From positions 85,079 through 149,078 of the forward strand of contig CP060227.1 of the NCBI GenBank assembly GCA_023898525.1: DNA of 64,000 bases, given 5' to 3'. Position numbers and translations under genes: made by a program. This DNA comes from Candidatus Nomurabacteria bacterium. Lineage in GTDB: Bacteria > Patescibacteriota > Minisyncoccia > Phycocordibacterales > UBA918. Below, one piece after another: positions 17,795-28,280 of the stretch. Below the pieces are notes generated by a model. It ran no database searches. It was given only the letters and a program-made list of their open reading frames with translations, and was not told where the DNA came from. How positions within the stretch are numbered: the first letter of the stretch is position 1; each line of letters opens with the position of its first letter.

Positions 17795-19168
17795 TTAAAA
17801 ATCATCATTGCTACTACTAGACATACCAGCGTGATGAGTGTCTAGATTGAGGAAGCGAACGTGTTGGCCATCAAAGTATAGCTCGGCGGTACCAACTGGA
17901 CCATTTCTGTGTTTCTCAACCAAAATTTCGGCAATATTTGGGCGGTCAGACTCTTTATTAATCTTATCTTCACGGTGGATAAACATCACCACGTCAGCAT
18001 CCTGCTCAATTGAACCAGAATCACGAAGATCAGACAGACGTGGGCGCCCACCACGTTGTTCAACCGCTCGAGACAGCTGTGACAAAGCAATCACTGGCAC
18101 TTCTAAATCTCGTGCCAAAATCTTAAGTGAGCGGGAAATTTCTGTCACCTGTTGTACCATTGAATCACTGGCCTTAGTGGCAGTTGGAGACATAAGCTGC
18201 AGGTAGTCTACGATCAACAGGTCCAAACCGTGCTCGTTTTTAAGTCGCCTAGCGGCTGAGCGCATCTTCAAAATATTGTTACCTGCCTGGTCATCAATAT
18301 GAATCTGGGCCTCCGATAATTTAGCCATTGCTTGCTGCACTGCTTCAAACTCCTGATCATTAGAAAGCCGACCGGTGCGTAGTTTCCATGAATCTACTCC
18401 AGCTTCAGCCGCCAACATACGGTCGACCAGTTGTTGATCGCTCATTTCCAGTGAAAAAATACCAACTGACGCACTGAACTTAAGCGCAGCATTACGAGCC
18501 ACATCAAGCGCAAAAGTAGTCTTTCCCATTGATGGACGGGCCGCTAAAATAATAAGATCTGATTTTTGGAAGCCGGCCAAAAGATTATCGAGTGAAGTGA
18601 AGCCCGACTGCACACCACGCTTTTCGTCCTGATTGGCACTTAAGTGCTCAAACCGCTCCCAGGCTTCGTGCAGGGAAGTGCCGATCGTCTTAAACTTCTG
18701 CGCACTTGGAGACTGAGTAGCATGGAATATTTTCTTTTCCGCTTGATCCAAAGCCTCATCAACACTTTCTGGGTCAGAGTAACCAATTTCAGCAATATCA
18801 TCAGCCGCATTTATCAAATTACGAAGTGCTGATTTACCTTGTACCAACTCGGCATAATAAAGAGCGTTACCGGCCGCTGGCACAGTTTCTATAAGTTCAG
18901 TAATATAGCTTGCGCCACCAACTCGATCCAACGTATCGTTAGCCTTTAGTTTAGTGGCCAAGCTAACCACATCAATCGGGTCACCCTTAGAGAAAATACT
19001 TAAAATCGCTTCATAAATAAGCCGGTGCTTATCTGCAAAAAAACTTTCCGGATAGACCGTTACCGACACATCATGCATCACATCGGGTTTCAAAATAATT
19101 GCCCCTAACAACGCTTTCTCAGCGTCGATATTGTTTGGTGGAGTACGAAGCGCACGATTGATGGCCAT
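17795..19168 (-). CDS. dnaB: Replicative DNA helicase DnaB.
   Basis: DnaB N-terminal domain plus Walker A GKTTFALD and H2-H4 motifs. Confidence 0.9.
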   Translation of the reverse strand: MAINRALRTPPNNIDAEKALLGAIILKPDVMHDVSVTVYPESFFADKHRLIYEAILSIFSKGDPIDVVSLATKLKANDTLDRVGGASYITELIETVPAAGNALYYAELVQGKSALRNLINAADDIAEIGYSDPESVDEALDQAEKKIFHATQSPSAQKFKTIGTSLHEAWERFEHLSANQDEKRGVQSGFTSLDNLLAGFQKSDLIILAARPSMGKTTFALDVARNAALKFSASVGIFSLEMSDQQLVDRMLAAEAGVDSWKLRTGRLSNDQEFEAVQQAMAKLSEAQIHIDDQAGNNILKMRSAARRLKNEHGLDLLIVDYLQLMSPTATKASDSMVQQVTEISRSLKILARDLEVPVIALSQLSRAVEQRGGRPRLSDLRDSGSIEQDADVVMFIHREDKINKESDRPNIAEILVEKHRNGPVGTAELYFDGQHVRFLNLDTHHAGMSSSSNDDF

Positions 19169-19255
19169 AAGACAGATACCATTGTATCACGTATTTTGGA
19201 TTGACAACTTTTGCACAGTCCTGTGGATTTAAATCTCAGCGATGTAGAAAACAAA

Positions 19256-20737
19256 TTATAGTTTTGTTATTTTCGGACCATGCGGAGTGTCCTCAACACT
19301 ATATCCTTTGAGACTTATAGCCTCACGCAGAGTATCGGCCTCCAACCAATTACGAGCGACTCTAGCCGCCTCGCGCCTATCAATCAATTCCTGAACCTCA
19401 GTCGGCACTTCGTCATGCGCTACGATACCCAAAGTCTTGGCTCCCTCATCAAGGTCATCACTAAGACCAATATCAAGCACAGTGTCCATCATACGGATAG
19501 TGGCGCACTTGGTTTTATTATCTAAACTAGTATCCTTCGTCGCTTCCCACAGTAGAGCAATAGCGCCAGGCGTATCTAGATCATCAGCAATCCGTGCCTT
19601 AAACTTATCAATGTATTCATCCGAGGCTTTACCCGCTATTTGCTTATAATCCTCATACATGTAGCGTTTTAAGCGGTATAGAGCCTGTTTAGCTGCCTGC
19701 AAAGCTTCCCAAGAGAAGTTGATAGGGGAGCGATAGTGAGCCGTCAGGAGCCAATAACGATAATCGTCCCCGGTAAAGCCACGATCAAATAAATGACGAA
19801 GGTTTATAGTATTACCTAGAGATTTGCTGATTTTGGTGTTATCTATAGTCAAAAAAGCCCCGTGCAGCCAATAGCGGACAAACTTTTTGCCGGTTGCACA
19901 TTCTGACTGGGCAATTTCCGCATTATGATGGACTGGTATGTGATCAATTCCACCGGTATGAATATCAATCTCCTTACCCAGGGTTGCCATCGCCATCGCT
20001 GAACATTCAATATGCCAACCAGGGAACCCTTTGCCCCAACGACTATCCCAACCAAGTTCACCTTTCTTCCAGACCGCAAAATCAACTGGGTGGTGCTTCT
20101 CTTTATTTACTTCTACCCGAGCACCACTTTTTAACTCATTTATATCAATTTTGCCAAGACATCCATAGCGAGGAAACTTTTGAACATCAAAATACACTCC
20201 GTCACTGGTTTCATATACATAACCTTTACCCTCCAGAGTTTCTATCAGACGAATCTGAGCCTGCACAAAATCACTCGCTCGAGACCAGGTAGTTGGCGGA
20301 AGTATCCGCAAACTGTCAAAATCATCAAAAAAGGCATCTATGTACTGATCAGACAGTTCCCGCATCGCTTCCAAAGTCACCGGCAACCCTTCACGTTTTA
20401 GTCCTTTCATCATTTTATCCTCGCCCTGATCACCATCATCAGAAAGATGTCCGAAGTCGGTCAGATTGATCGTATGATTAACTTCATAGCCATGAAAAAT
20501 AAGAGTGCGTTTTAAAACATCTGCAAAAACAAAAGCTCGTAGATTTCCAATGTGGGCATAGTCATACACAGTCGGACCACATGTATACATAGTAACCATG
20601 TTGTCAGACAATGGCTCAAAAAGTTCCAACTGATTAGTTTCTGTATTATATAAATGTATGACCGGCTTCGGCTCAGACTTTTTGGACACACCCTTAAATA
20701 AATTACCAAACATATTTTCCTTAAGTGTACCAGACAA
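19256..20737 (-). CDS. cysS: Cysteine--tRNA ligase.
   Basis: HIGN and KMSKS motifs; Cys-binding region. Confidence 0.9.
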   Translation of the reverse strand: MSGTLKENMFGNLFKGVSKKSEPKPVIHLYNTETNQLELFEPLSDNMVTMYTCGPTVYDYAHIGNLRAFVFADVLKRTLIFHGYEVNHTINLTDFGHLSDDGDQGEDKMMKGLKREGLPVTLEAMRELSDQYIDAFFDDFDSLRILPPTTWSRASDFVQAQIRLIETLEGKGYVYETSDGVYFDVQKFPRYGCLGKIDINELKSGARVEVNKEKHHPVDFAVWKKGELGWDSRWGKGFPGWHIECSAMAMATLGKEIDIHTGGIDHIPVHHNAEIAQSECATGKKFVRYWLHGAFLTIDNTKISKSLGNTINLRHLFDRGFTGDDYRYWLLTAHYRSPINFSWEALQAAKQALYRLKRYMYEDYKQIAGKASDEYIDKFKARIADDLDTPGAIALLWEATKDTSLDNKTKCATIRMMDTVLDIGLSDDLDEGAKTLGIVAHDEVPTEVQELIDRREAARVARNWLEADTLREAISLKGYSVEDTPHGPKITKL

Positions 20738-20802
20738 ACAACCATCAACACAATTCTTGTATTATTTTTTGTTTTTAGCAGTATCTATGTCATAATAACT
20801 CC

Positions 20803-22110
20803 ATGCAAAATCATCCAGATCTAATACCACCATCAGTCCGCCATCAAACAAGTAACAAGAAAAATAACCTCCTGGGAATCAGTCTATCTTTGCTCTTAGC
20901 CTTGGGTGCTTTTTTTACTGGTTTTCAAATGAATAACATTCTCTCAGCCGAAGGGCAGTCAGCCAGCATTTTTTCAATTTTTGCCGTAGAAGCTAAACCG
21001 ACTATAGACAGCGACACCATAGACCTCAGTGAATTCTGGAAAGTTTGGCAACTATTAGATGAAAAATTCACCGCCGCCAGTACTACCCAGACAATATCCG
21101 ATCAAGATAAAATCAACGGTGCCATTAAGGGTATGGTCAAAACATACGGCGACCCATACACTGTCTACCTACCACCTAAAGAAAGCCAAGACTTTGCCGA
21201 AAATATTGCTGGTAATTTCAGTGGTATAGGTATGGAAGTAGGAATCAGAAATAATGTGGTAACTGTAATTTCACCTCTACCAGACACACCCGCCGAACGA
21301 GCTGGGCTACTCGCTGGTGACCTAATCACTAAGATTGACGACAGTAGCACCGAAGGTATGTCTATCGATGAAGCTGTGCACCTGATACGCGGCGAAAAGG
21401 GAACTGAGGTCAAATTATCAATTTACCGTGAAGGTGAGTTGGAAATTAAAGAGTTCACTATCGTTCGCGACACCATCACGATACCGACTGTAAAAACAGA
21501 AGAAAAAGATGGGGTTTTCACTATCCGGATTTACAGCTTCAACGCCGTAGCCGAAAGCAAGACTCAAGAAGCCCTTAGAGAGTTCGCCACCAGTGACGCC
21601 AAATCTCTTATCTTAGACCTACGTGGCAATCCCGGCGGTTATCTACAGAGCGCAGTCGCTATTGCCAGCTACTTTTTACCAACCGGCAAAGTCGTAGTTC
21701 GAGAACATTTTAGCGAGACCGATGAAGACAGACCTTATCGTAGCCAAGGACGCACTTTTTATGATTTCAATCCAAAAAACTTCGTTGTCTTAGTTGACGG
21801 CGGTTCAGCCTCAGCGTCAGAAATTCTAGCCGGCGCGCTTAAAGAACACAAAGTGGCAACCGTCATCGGTACCAATACCTTTGGAAAAGGTTCGGTTCAA
21901 GAACTACTAAACCTAGACTCCGGTGCCTCACTTAAAGTAACAGTGGCACGTTGGCTAACACCCGAAGGCAAATCAATATCAGATGGTGGATTAGAGCCGG
22001 ATATACACATAAGTCGAACTCCGCAGCAAATCATGGATAATGTAGACCCGCAATTTGACGCCGCTATTGATTTTCTTGAAGGCAAGGAAATACACAGTGA
22101 AGAAAACTAG
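20803..22110 (+). CDS. ctpA: Carboxyl-terminal processing protease (S41) with a PDZ domain.
   Basis: PDZ motif GLLAGDLITKIDD; S41 core DLRGNPGGYL; N-terminal TM. Confidence 0.8.
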   Translation: MQNHPDLIPPSVRHQTSNKKNNLLGISLSLLLALGAFFTGFQMNNILSAEGQSASIFSIFAVEAKPTIDSDTIDLSEFWKVWQLLDEKFTAASTTQTISDQDKINGAIKGMVKTYGDPYTVYLPPKESQDFAENIAGNFSGIGMEVGIRNNVVTVISPLPDTPAERAGLLAGDLITKIDDSSTEGMSIDEAVHLIRGEKGTEVKLSIYREGELEIKEFTIVRDTITIPTVKTEEKDGVFTIRIYSFNAVAESKTQEALREFATSDAKSLILDLRGNPGGYLQSAVAIASYFLPTGKVVVREHFSETDEDRPYRSQGRTFYDFNPKNFVVLVDGGSASASEILAGALKEHKVATVIGTNTFGKGSVQELLNLDSGASLKVTVARWLTPEGKSISDGGLEPDIHISRTPQQIMDNVDPQFDAAIDFLEGKEIHSEEN

Positions 22111-22192
22111 TTCTATTACGAACAGTGACTAATTAAGTAGTCTTTGCTATGATACTTTCTGTTAATAGAAATAACTTACTGTAGATTAAAGT

Positions 22193-22633
22193 ATGAAGGT
22201 TATATTACTGCGTGACGTAGCAAAAATTGGTAGACGTTTTGAGGTCGTGAATGTACCAGACGGCTTCGCTCTAAACCGACTTATCCCACAAAAAGACGCC
22301 GAACCAGCCACTCCAGTCAATATCAAACGTCTGGAGCAGAGGAGAAACCGCCTGCAGACTACTCAAGAGTCACAAACTTCTGAACTAAAGACTATTGCCG
22401 AAACTATTGCCCAAGAACCACTGGTAATTACAGCCGAAGCTAATGAGCATGGCCACCTCTTTCAAGCTATTCACGCCAGTGACGTGATAAACAGTGCGAA
22501 AGCTAGAAATATAGACATACCATTGGCGGCAATTGAGATTAAAGAAACAATTAAAGATCTCGGTGAGTATAAAATCACCTTAAAAAACAAAGAGTTGCAG
22601 CTTGAGGTGCCAATAGTTGTTAAAACGAAATAA
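22193..22633 (+). CDS. rplI: 50S ribosomal protein L9.
   Basis: MKVILLRDVAKIGRRFEVVNVPDGFALNRLIP. Confidence 0.85.
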   Translation: MKVILLRDVAKIGRRFEVVNVPDGFALNRLIPQKDAEPATPVNIKRLEQRRNRLQTTQESQTSELKTIAETIAQEPLVITAEANEHGHLFQAIHASDVINSAKARNIDIPLAAIEIKETIKDLGEYKITLKNKELQLEVPIVVKTK

Positions 22634-22643
22634 CATAATCATT

Positions 22644-23360
22644 ATGACTAGAAGTAATATAATCGCAGTAATCAGTGTCTTGCTCGGATGTGTGGTGCTA
22701 ATAGTAGGTATCTCATTTTGGCTTGGTCCGGACAACAACACAAGTCAAAAGACCTTATCCAGCAGTGACGCCGATACCCTAAAAGAATTACCAGGACCAT
22801 TAACCGCTGAAGAATTAGATGCTTACAACGTAACTATGACAAATCAAAACAATCCAATCGCCAAAGTAACCACAAACAAAGGAGTTTTTGACCTCGAATT
22901 ATTTGAAGACACTATGCCTATCACGGCTGGCAATTTTATTAAACTAGCCAATGAAGGATTTTACGACGGGGTTAAATTTCACCGCGTAATTGAAGGCTTC
23001 ATGATTCAAGGTGGTGACCCAATCACTAAAACTGATGAAGTTATGCGTTATGGTACCGGTGGCCCTGGCTATAGCATCCCAGACGAACACATCAGCGGGG
23101 AATACCTGACCAACATCCGTGGCACTATCTCAATGGCCAACAGTGGCCCGAATTCAGGGGGTAGTCAGTTTTTCATCAACGTAGCCGACAACACCAACCT
23201 AGACTTTGATAAACAACCACTAGCCTCAAAACATCCGGTCTTTGGACACGTGATTAAGGGTATGGATGTGGTAGACCAAATATCTGTAGTAGAAACCGGC
23301 CCAGCCGACAAACCAGTCGAGCCTGTGGTGATTGAAAAGGTGGAGATAACTAATAACTAA
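22644..23360 (+). CDS. Peptidyl-prolyl cis-trans isomerase (cyclophilin type), membrane anchored.
   Basis: FHRVIEGFMIQGGDP...GTGGPGYSIPDE. The ORF track starts at TTG 22617, which overlaps rplI. Confidence 0.85.
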   Translation: MTRSNIIAVISVLLGCVVLIVGISFWLGPDNNTSQKTLSSSDADTLKELPGPLTAEELDAYNVTMTNQNNPIAKVTTNKGVFDLELFEDTMPITAGNFIKLANEGFYDGVKFHRVIEGFMIQGGDPITKTDEVMRYGTGGPGYSIPDEHISGEYLTNIRGTISMANSGPNSGGSQFFINVADNTNLDFDKQPLASKHPVFGHVIKGMDVVDQISVVETGPADKPVEPVVIEKVEITNN

Positions 23361-23380
23361 TTTTGATTCATAGGAATTTA

Positions 23381-23420
23381 AAAAACCGGTTTGCTTTAGA
23401 AAAGCAAGCCGGTTTTTTAT
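23381..23420 (+). terminator. Rho-independent terminator.
   Basis: AAAAACCGGTTTGCTTTAGAAAAGCAAGCCGGTTTTTT. Confidence 0.75.
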
Positions 23421-23450
23421 TGTTACTTTATTACTATGAGGTTATTCTTG

Positions 23451-24338
23451 TTAGATGACCTCTATTCGAAATACCGAGAAAGAAACCAAAATAGCAAGTG
23501 TAGCTCCCAATATTCCCGTGACCACTAACGCAAGGTGTTCTTTTACCTTTTCGTAAAGCACTGATGTTGCAAATGAAAGCAGCAAGACAAGCGTAACAAC
23601 ACCAAACCATTGCATATGAATATGCACAGAATCGCCGGAGTAAAGAAACATTAATAGACCAGTAGCACATATAACTGACCACAACCCAATGAAACAAAAC
23701 CTGTTTAATTCAGTTAATTTATTGAGTTTGGAATAATTAAACCACGCTGTACAAGCAAGAATGATAAGACCGATTACAAGCATCATCACACCTTTAGCCG
23801 GCACATACATATCCATACCCACAAATCCAATACCCAAACTAAATGATGCTATAGCGACAGTAGGTACGGATGAAATAACCAAGGATAAGTTACGTAGGGA
23901 TAAAAAGATAGCCAGTAAAATTAGGCATATAATAAATGTAATAATTACTACATTATAAGAGCCTGTTTCCGGTACATTACTTGAACCTACGGGTTCTACA
24001 AAGAAATCATCTTTGTCATTATCAAAGTATAGCTTGTATTTTTGGATTCTTGTTTCCAGAAAAAATAAGTTGAGTGAACGGAATGTTTCTCTAGAAAATT
24101 CAACTTCTCCCTGCTCGAAAGCCGTGTCGAAATCAGACACGGACAATCTTCCATACTTGGCAATTAAAGAATCTAGGTTACCAGCCCAGTTAATCTTTGG
24201 ACACGTCTTATTTTCATAATATCCAAGAACCAACTCGCTACAACTAGACGATTGTTTATCTTGAGTACTAGAACCAGCAGAAACTGCACCTGAAGCTGAC
24301 ATTACCATTAACAGCAACAAAATATTAAGGTACTTCAT
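23451..24338 (-). CDS. Hypothetical secreted/4-TM membrane protein (paralog A).
   Basis: Signal peptide MKYLNILLLLMVMSASGAVSA. Shares the YKLYFDNDKDDFFVEPVG block with paralog B. Confidence 0.5.
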   Translation of the reverse strand: MKYLNILLLLMVMSASGAVSAGSSTQDKQSSSCSELVLGYYENKTCPKINWAGNLDSLIAKYGRLSVSDFDTAFEQGEVEFSRETFRSLNLFFLETRIQKYKLYFDNDKDDFFVEPVGSSNVPETGSYNVVIITFIICLILLAIFLSLRNLSLVISSVPTVAIASFSLGIGFVGMDMYVPAKGVMMLVIGLIILACTAWFNYSKLNKLTELNRFCFIGLWSVICATGLLMFLYSGDSVHIHMQWFGVVTLVLLLSFATSVLYEKVKEHLALVVTGILGATLAILVSFSVFRIEVI

Positions 24339-24488
24339 CTAAAACCCCCTCTAAAAGGTTTAGGATTAAAAAAACAATACTGAAAAACATTACCCTGATA
24401 ACTCAAAGTTGTCAACAGACAGTATTGACTTTTGCTCTTAATATCGTATTATGTGGGTCGTTTTAAATAAACCCGATAGGAGGTTTAG

Positions 24489-25271
24489 ATGAAGTACTTC
24501 AACATTCTATTGTTAACATTCGTTATGTTTTCAAGCGCAGCCTTAGCAGACAACACAACCGGCAGACAGTGCGGTGGTTATAATAATACTACAGGAGTAT
24601 ATACAGCCAGAATATGTAGCACCACTACGCTCTGGTCTGGATATGTGAAGCATTTAAAGACCGTATATTCCTTGAAAGACCAACACTTCGACGAAACAAG
24701 CAGGAGGGGTTCTGTTGTTTTTTCTAATAAAGAATATCAATACCGCAGTCTATTTAATGACGATGTAGATGTCTACAAGTACAAATTGGTGTTCAATGAG
24801 AAAAACGGTTTCTGGGTTGAGTTGGTCAATGGTCCAACTCCTACAACTGAAAACCATGCATGGATCTTGTTTTTGATATTTGTATCACTTGGAATTCCGG
24901 TGACACTATACAATTATTTTGAACACTATATAGGTGAAATGGTTTTTCCAGCTCTGGCTGGTATTTTGACAACCTTTGCCGTAGCCATGGCGCTCAATCC
25001 AGAAACAGGACTTTCAGCCGTAGTGGGATATATTGTCTTGTATATACTGTCTTTTGGTATGGGTATTATTAAATTTAATACACTCAGAAAAACACAGGTT
25101 GATGCAATCCTAGTTTCTGCCTACTGTATGCTACCTATGTTTATAACAGAGAAGTTGGTTTCTGCCGGTGGTGTGAGTGTCGCACTTATGCAGTGGCTCA
25201 TGGTCTGTGTAGGCATACTTATGTCCACCTACATTATTGCATATGCTCGTAAGAAAATGATTTACACATAA
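24489..25271 (+). CDS. Hypothetical secreted/4-TM membrane protein (paralog B), divergent from paralog A.
   Basis: GGAGG RBS; signal peptide MKYFNILLLTFVMFSSAALA; YKLVFNEKNGFWVELVNG block. Confidence 0.55.
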   Translation: MKYFNILLLTFVMFSSAALADNTTGRQCGGYNNTTGVYTARICSTTTLWSGYVKHLKTVYSLKDQHFDETSRRGSVVFSNKEYQYRSLFNDDVDVYKYKLVFNEKNGFWVELVNGPTPTTENHAWILFLIFVSLGIPVTLYNYFEHYIGEMVFPALAGILTTFAVAMALNPETGLSAVVGYIVLYILSFGMGIIKFNTLRKTQVDAILVSAYCMLPMFITEKLVSAGGVSVALMQWLMVCVGILMSTYIIAYARKKMIYT

Positions 25272-25290
25272 AACGAATGCTGTACGATCA

Positions 25291-25316
25291 AAAACCCGCT
25301 TTTTAAAGCGGGTTTT
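25291..25316. terminator. Bidirectional terminator between paralog B and rpmA.
   Basis: AAAACCCGCTTTTTAAAGCGGGTTTT. Confidence 0.7.
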
Positions 25317-25342
25317 ACATATTCTTAGAATCTGAGGTAAGG

Positions 25343-25618
25343 CTAAGCTACCACTTCAGCGGCTTTTTTGGTTACTTTGCGACCGTCAAAATTAGTCTTG
25401 CGAATATTCTTGAAAGCCACCTTTCCGTCGATAGCTGCGTGTAGAGTATGGTCTTTTCCGACATATACTCCTTGTCCAGCCTGGATCTTAGTACCACGCT
25501 GACGCACGATGATCTGACCAGCTTTAACAGCCTGTCCATCAGTTCTTTTCACTCCGAGATATTTTGGCTGCGAATCTCGCAGGTTTTTGGAGGTACCCCC
25601 CGCTTTTTTATGTGCCAT
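25343..25618 (-). CDS. rpmA: 50S ribosomal protein L27.
   Basis: [25 protein letters not shown]...IIVRQRGTK. Confidence 0.9.
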   Translation of the reverse strand: MAHKKAGGTSKNLRDSQPKYLGVKRTDGQAVKAGQIIVRQRGTKIQAGQGVYVGKDHTLHAAIDGKVAFKNIRKTNFDGRKVTKKAAEVVA

Positions 25619-25661
25619 ACGATATAATAATAAATAATTTTATGCGCGGAGTATACGATAT

Positions 25662-26060
25662 ATGAAAGAAAAACTCAAGTCCCTCGTTCAAAATGACCAG
25701 ATTTTCTATGGTGTATTAGTACTTCTGGTCGGAATCATATCCTTTTATTTAGGACAAGCTTCAGCAATCACTAAAACACCCACAACCTCACCGGTCCAAC
25801 TAATTGAGCCAATAACCCTCACCAGTAGTGCTGAAAATGCTCAAATAGATACAAAACCCGATACTCAAACAACTCCAAAACCAGTAGCGGTAAGGGAGAC
25901 AGATCAGAAAATAGTGGCCTCTAAAAACGGTACCCGCTACTATTTATCAACCTGCTCTGGTGTAAAACGCATCAAACCAGAAAATATTGTGACTTTTTCC
26001 ACTAAAGCGGCGGCTGAAGCAGCTGGTTATACCAAAGCAGCCAACTGTCCTGGGTTATAA
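25662..26060 (+). CDS. Membrane-anchored protein with a C-terminal Ada-like metal-binding motif.
   Basis: YYLSTCSG...IVTFSTKAAAEAAGYTKAANCPG resembles the Ada Zn domain (Cx..I..N..F.....EA..AG..xC). Confidence 0.35.
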   Translation: MKEKLKSLVQNDQIFYGVLVLLVGIISFYLGQASAITKTPTTSPVQLIEPITLTSSAENAQIDTKPDTQTTPKPVAVRETDQKIVASKNGTRYYLSTCSGVKRIKPENIVTFSTKAAAEAAGYTKAANCPGL

Positions 26061-26073
26061 TAATAGGTAACTC

Positions 26074-26883
26074 ATGCAAGTCATTAGTCTGTTAACAAAC
26101 TCCGCTAAGTCGTGGTATGAATCTGACATGAAGTCTTATGCCGCTGCTTTTTCGTACTATGCTCCACTCGCCATAATCCCGATTCTTCTTTTTTCCATCA
26201 CCATGGTTGGGACAATCTACAGCGAGTCAATCACCAGACAAATATTAACGGGCTGGGCCGGAGTGCTAGGCGACGATATTGTTGAACTGATTAAAATTGC
26301 CATTACCAACCTTAGGATTGAGGCTGAATCTTTTCATCTTCCGATTTTTGGTATAGTTCTATCACTAGGTATTAGTATCCTAGCCCTAAACGCTCTAAGT
26401 AACGGCTTTCATAAGCTTTGGAACGTACACCAATTTGGCTTGCATGCTTGGTTTAAAAAAAGTCTTAGGTCTGTGTTGTTTATTTTAATCTTTCAAATAT
26501 ACCTAGCTGTGGTCATAGGTTTTGAATTCTTTATGATTGTAAACAATCTGCAAAGTGACTACATACTATCATTACTATTTTTATTTATTAGCACCGGCGC
26601 TTTCTTCGCTATTTTGTTTAGATTCTTGGCCAGCCACTCTCCCAGTTGGAAAGGGTGCTTGGTTGGCGCTTTGGTAGCCTCACTACTTTTTATCGTGACC
26701 AAGAGCTCAGTCAATATCTATGTTATAAAAGTCGCCAATCTAAACATCTACGGTACGGCCGGATTAATCTTAGTACTGCTTCTTTGGGTCTATATCTTGG
26801 CCGCCCTTATATACTACGGTGCGGCTATCGCCTATGAATATGATAAAATCAAAGCAATACGGATAAATAGTAGCGTAAATTAA
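26074..26883 (+). CDS. YihY/BrkB family membrane protein.
   Basis: SYAAAFSYYAPLAIIPILLF plus six TM helices. Confidence 0.75.
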   Translation: MQVISLLTNSAKSWYESDMKSYAAAFSYYAPLAIIPILLFSITMVGTIYSESITRQILTGWAGVLGDDIVELIKIAITNLRIEAESFHLPIFGIVLSLGISILALNALSNGFHKLWNVHQFGLHAWFKKSLRSVLFILIFQIYLAVVIGFEFFMIVNNLQSDYILSLLFLFISTGAFFAILFRFLASHSPSWKGCLVGALVASLLFIVTKSSVNIYVIKVANLNIYGTAGLILVLLLWVYILAALIYYGAAIAYEYDKIKAIRINSSVN

Positions 26884-26900
26884 GACAATAGGAATTTTGT

Positions 26901-27500
26901 ATGATAATAATAGACATTGAAGCTTCGGGTACTGATTATAAAAAACACTCAATTGTTTCGATTGGTGCAATTGATTATGACAATCCCGACAACCGCTTTT
27001 ATGGAGAGTGTAGGATCTGGGAAGGGGCACACATAATGGAAGAAGCACTGGAAATAGTCGGTTTTAGTGAAGAGGAGATCAACGATCCAAACAAACCCAC
27101 CGAAGCAGAGTTGACACAGTCTTTTTTGGAGTGGTCTCAACACATGAATGACCGAACTTTGGTTGGACAAAACGTATCCTTTGACCGAGACATGCTGAAA
27201 GCCGCCTGCGATCGAGCTGATATTAATTGGGATATGGCCCACCGCACCTTAGACACCCACACTATGTGTTGGATGCATATGGTTAAGAGAGGACTGAAAC
27301 CACCAATCGACGAACAGCACCGACGAACAGCACTGAACCTAGACGCTGTAACCAAGTATTGCGGCATACCAGAAGAACCAGACCCACATAACGCTCTGAC
27401 CGGAGCAATGATTCACGCTGAAATTACTGCCAGGTTACTGTACGACAAAAAACTTCTCCCCGAATTTGACCAATTTGAAATCCCTTGGCCAACCCAATAA
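26901..27500 (+). CDS. DEDDh-type 3'-5' exonuclease (DnaQ/oligoribonuclease-like).
   Basis: Exo I DIEASG, Exo II GQNVSFDRDML, Exo III H..NALTGAMIHAE. Confidence 0.7.
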   Translation: MIIIDIEASGTDYKKHSIVSIGAIDYDNPDNRFYGECRIWEGAHIMEEALEIVGFSEEEINDPNKPTEAELTQSFLEWSQHMNDRTLVGQNVSFDRDMLKAACDRADINWDMAHRTLDTHTMCWMHMVKRGLKPPIDEQHRRTALNLDAVTKYCGIPEEPDPHNALTGAMIHAEITARLLYDKKLLPEFDQFEIPWPTQ

Positions 27501-27518
27501 TGCTACAATGAATTAGCT

Positions 27519-28259
27519 ATGTTAAAGAAAATACTCGGTATTAAAAAAGAAAAAAAGCCCAAGAGAAAACCTGGCAATCGTGTTGTTAAAGAACTACTAG
27601 ATCCCAAGGGTCAAGATGGAGCTATTCAGTCTTGGCGCGTCTTTAGAATCATGTCAGAGTTTGTGGAAGGTTTTGAGCTACTAAACAAATACGGGCTCGC
27701 GGCCACCTTTTGGGGCAGTGCTAGACTAACCCCTCAAGATCATTACTACAAAGACGCTGAGACCTTAGCTGCCAAGTTAGCTAAGAGGGGATTTACGATT
27801 ATTTCTGGAGGTGGTCCAGGAATCATGGAAGCCTCTAATGTTGGAGCTTTTAAGGTTGGCGGTAGTTCTGTAGGCCTTAACATCAAACTACCTTACGAAC
27901 AAAAGCTAAATCCTTACACCACCGAGTCTCTAACCTTTGATTTTTTCTTTTCACGAAAGGTTATGCTGACCTTTGCTTCTGAAGTGTATGTATACTTCCC
28001 AGGCGGATTTGGTACTCTGGATGAATTTTTTGAGATTGTAACACTTATACAAACAAAAAAGATTGAACCGATTCCGGTTATCTTGTATGGAAAAGAGTAT
28101 TGGGAACCGCTTATTAAATGGTTTGAGAAAGATTTAATTAAAAAGCACAAAACTATAAGCAAAGAGGATTTAGAGATTTTTCATGTGGTAGACACTGTCG
28201 ACGAGGCCTATAAATACATCATGAAGAATGTTGACTGCAAAAATACTAAGCAAGTATAA
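27519..28259 (+). CDS. LOG family protein (TIGR00730; cytokinin riboside 5'-monophosphate phosphoribohydrolase-like).
   Basis: GGGPGIMEA and FPGGFGTLDEFFE motifs. Confidence 0.75.
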   Translation: MLKKILGIKKEKKPKRKPGNRVVKELLDPKGQDGAIQSWRVFRIMSEFVEGFELLNKYGLAATFWGSARLTPQDHYYKDAETLAAKLAKRGFTIISGGGPGIMEASNVGAFKVGGSSVGLNIKLPYEQKLNPYTTESLTFDFFFSRKVMLTFASEVYVYFPGGFGTLDEFFEIVTLIQTKKIEPIPVILYGKEYWEPLIKWFEKDLIKKHKTISKEDLEIFHVVDTVDEAYKYIMKNVDCKNTKQV

Positions 28260-28280
28260 AATTTACCTTACTTATAAATT

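Noticed and set aside
19169-19255. DnaA-box-like AAATCCACA upstream of dnaB as a possible replication origin.
   Set aside because: Single imperfect box, no cluster and no AT-rich unwinding repeats; more likely a promoter-region coincidence.
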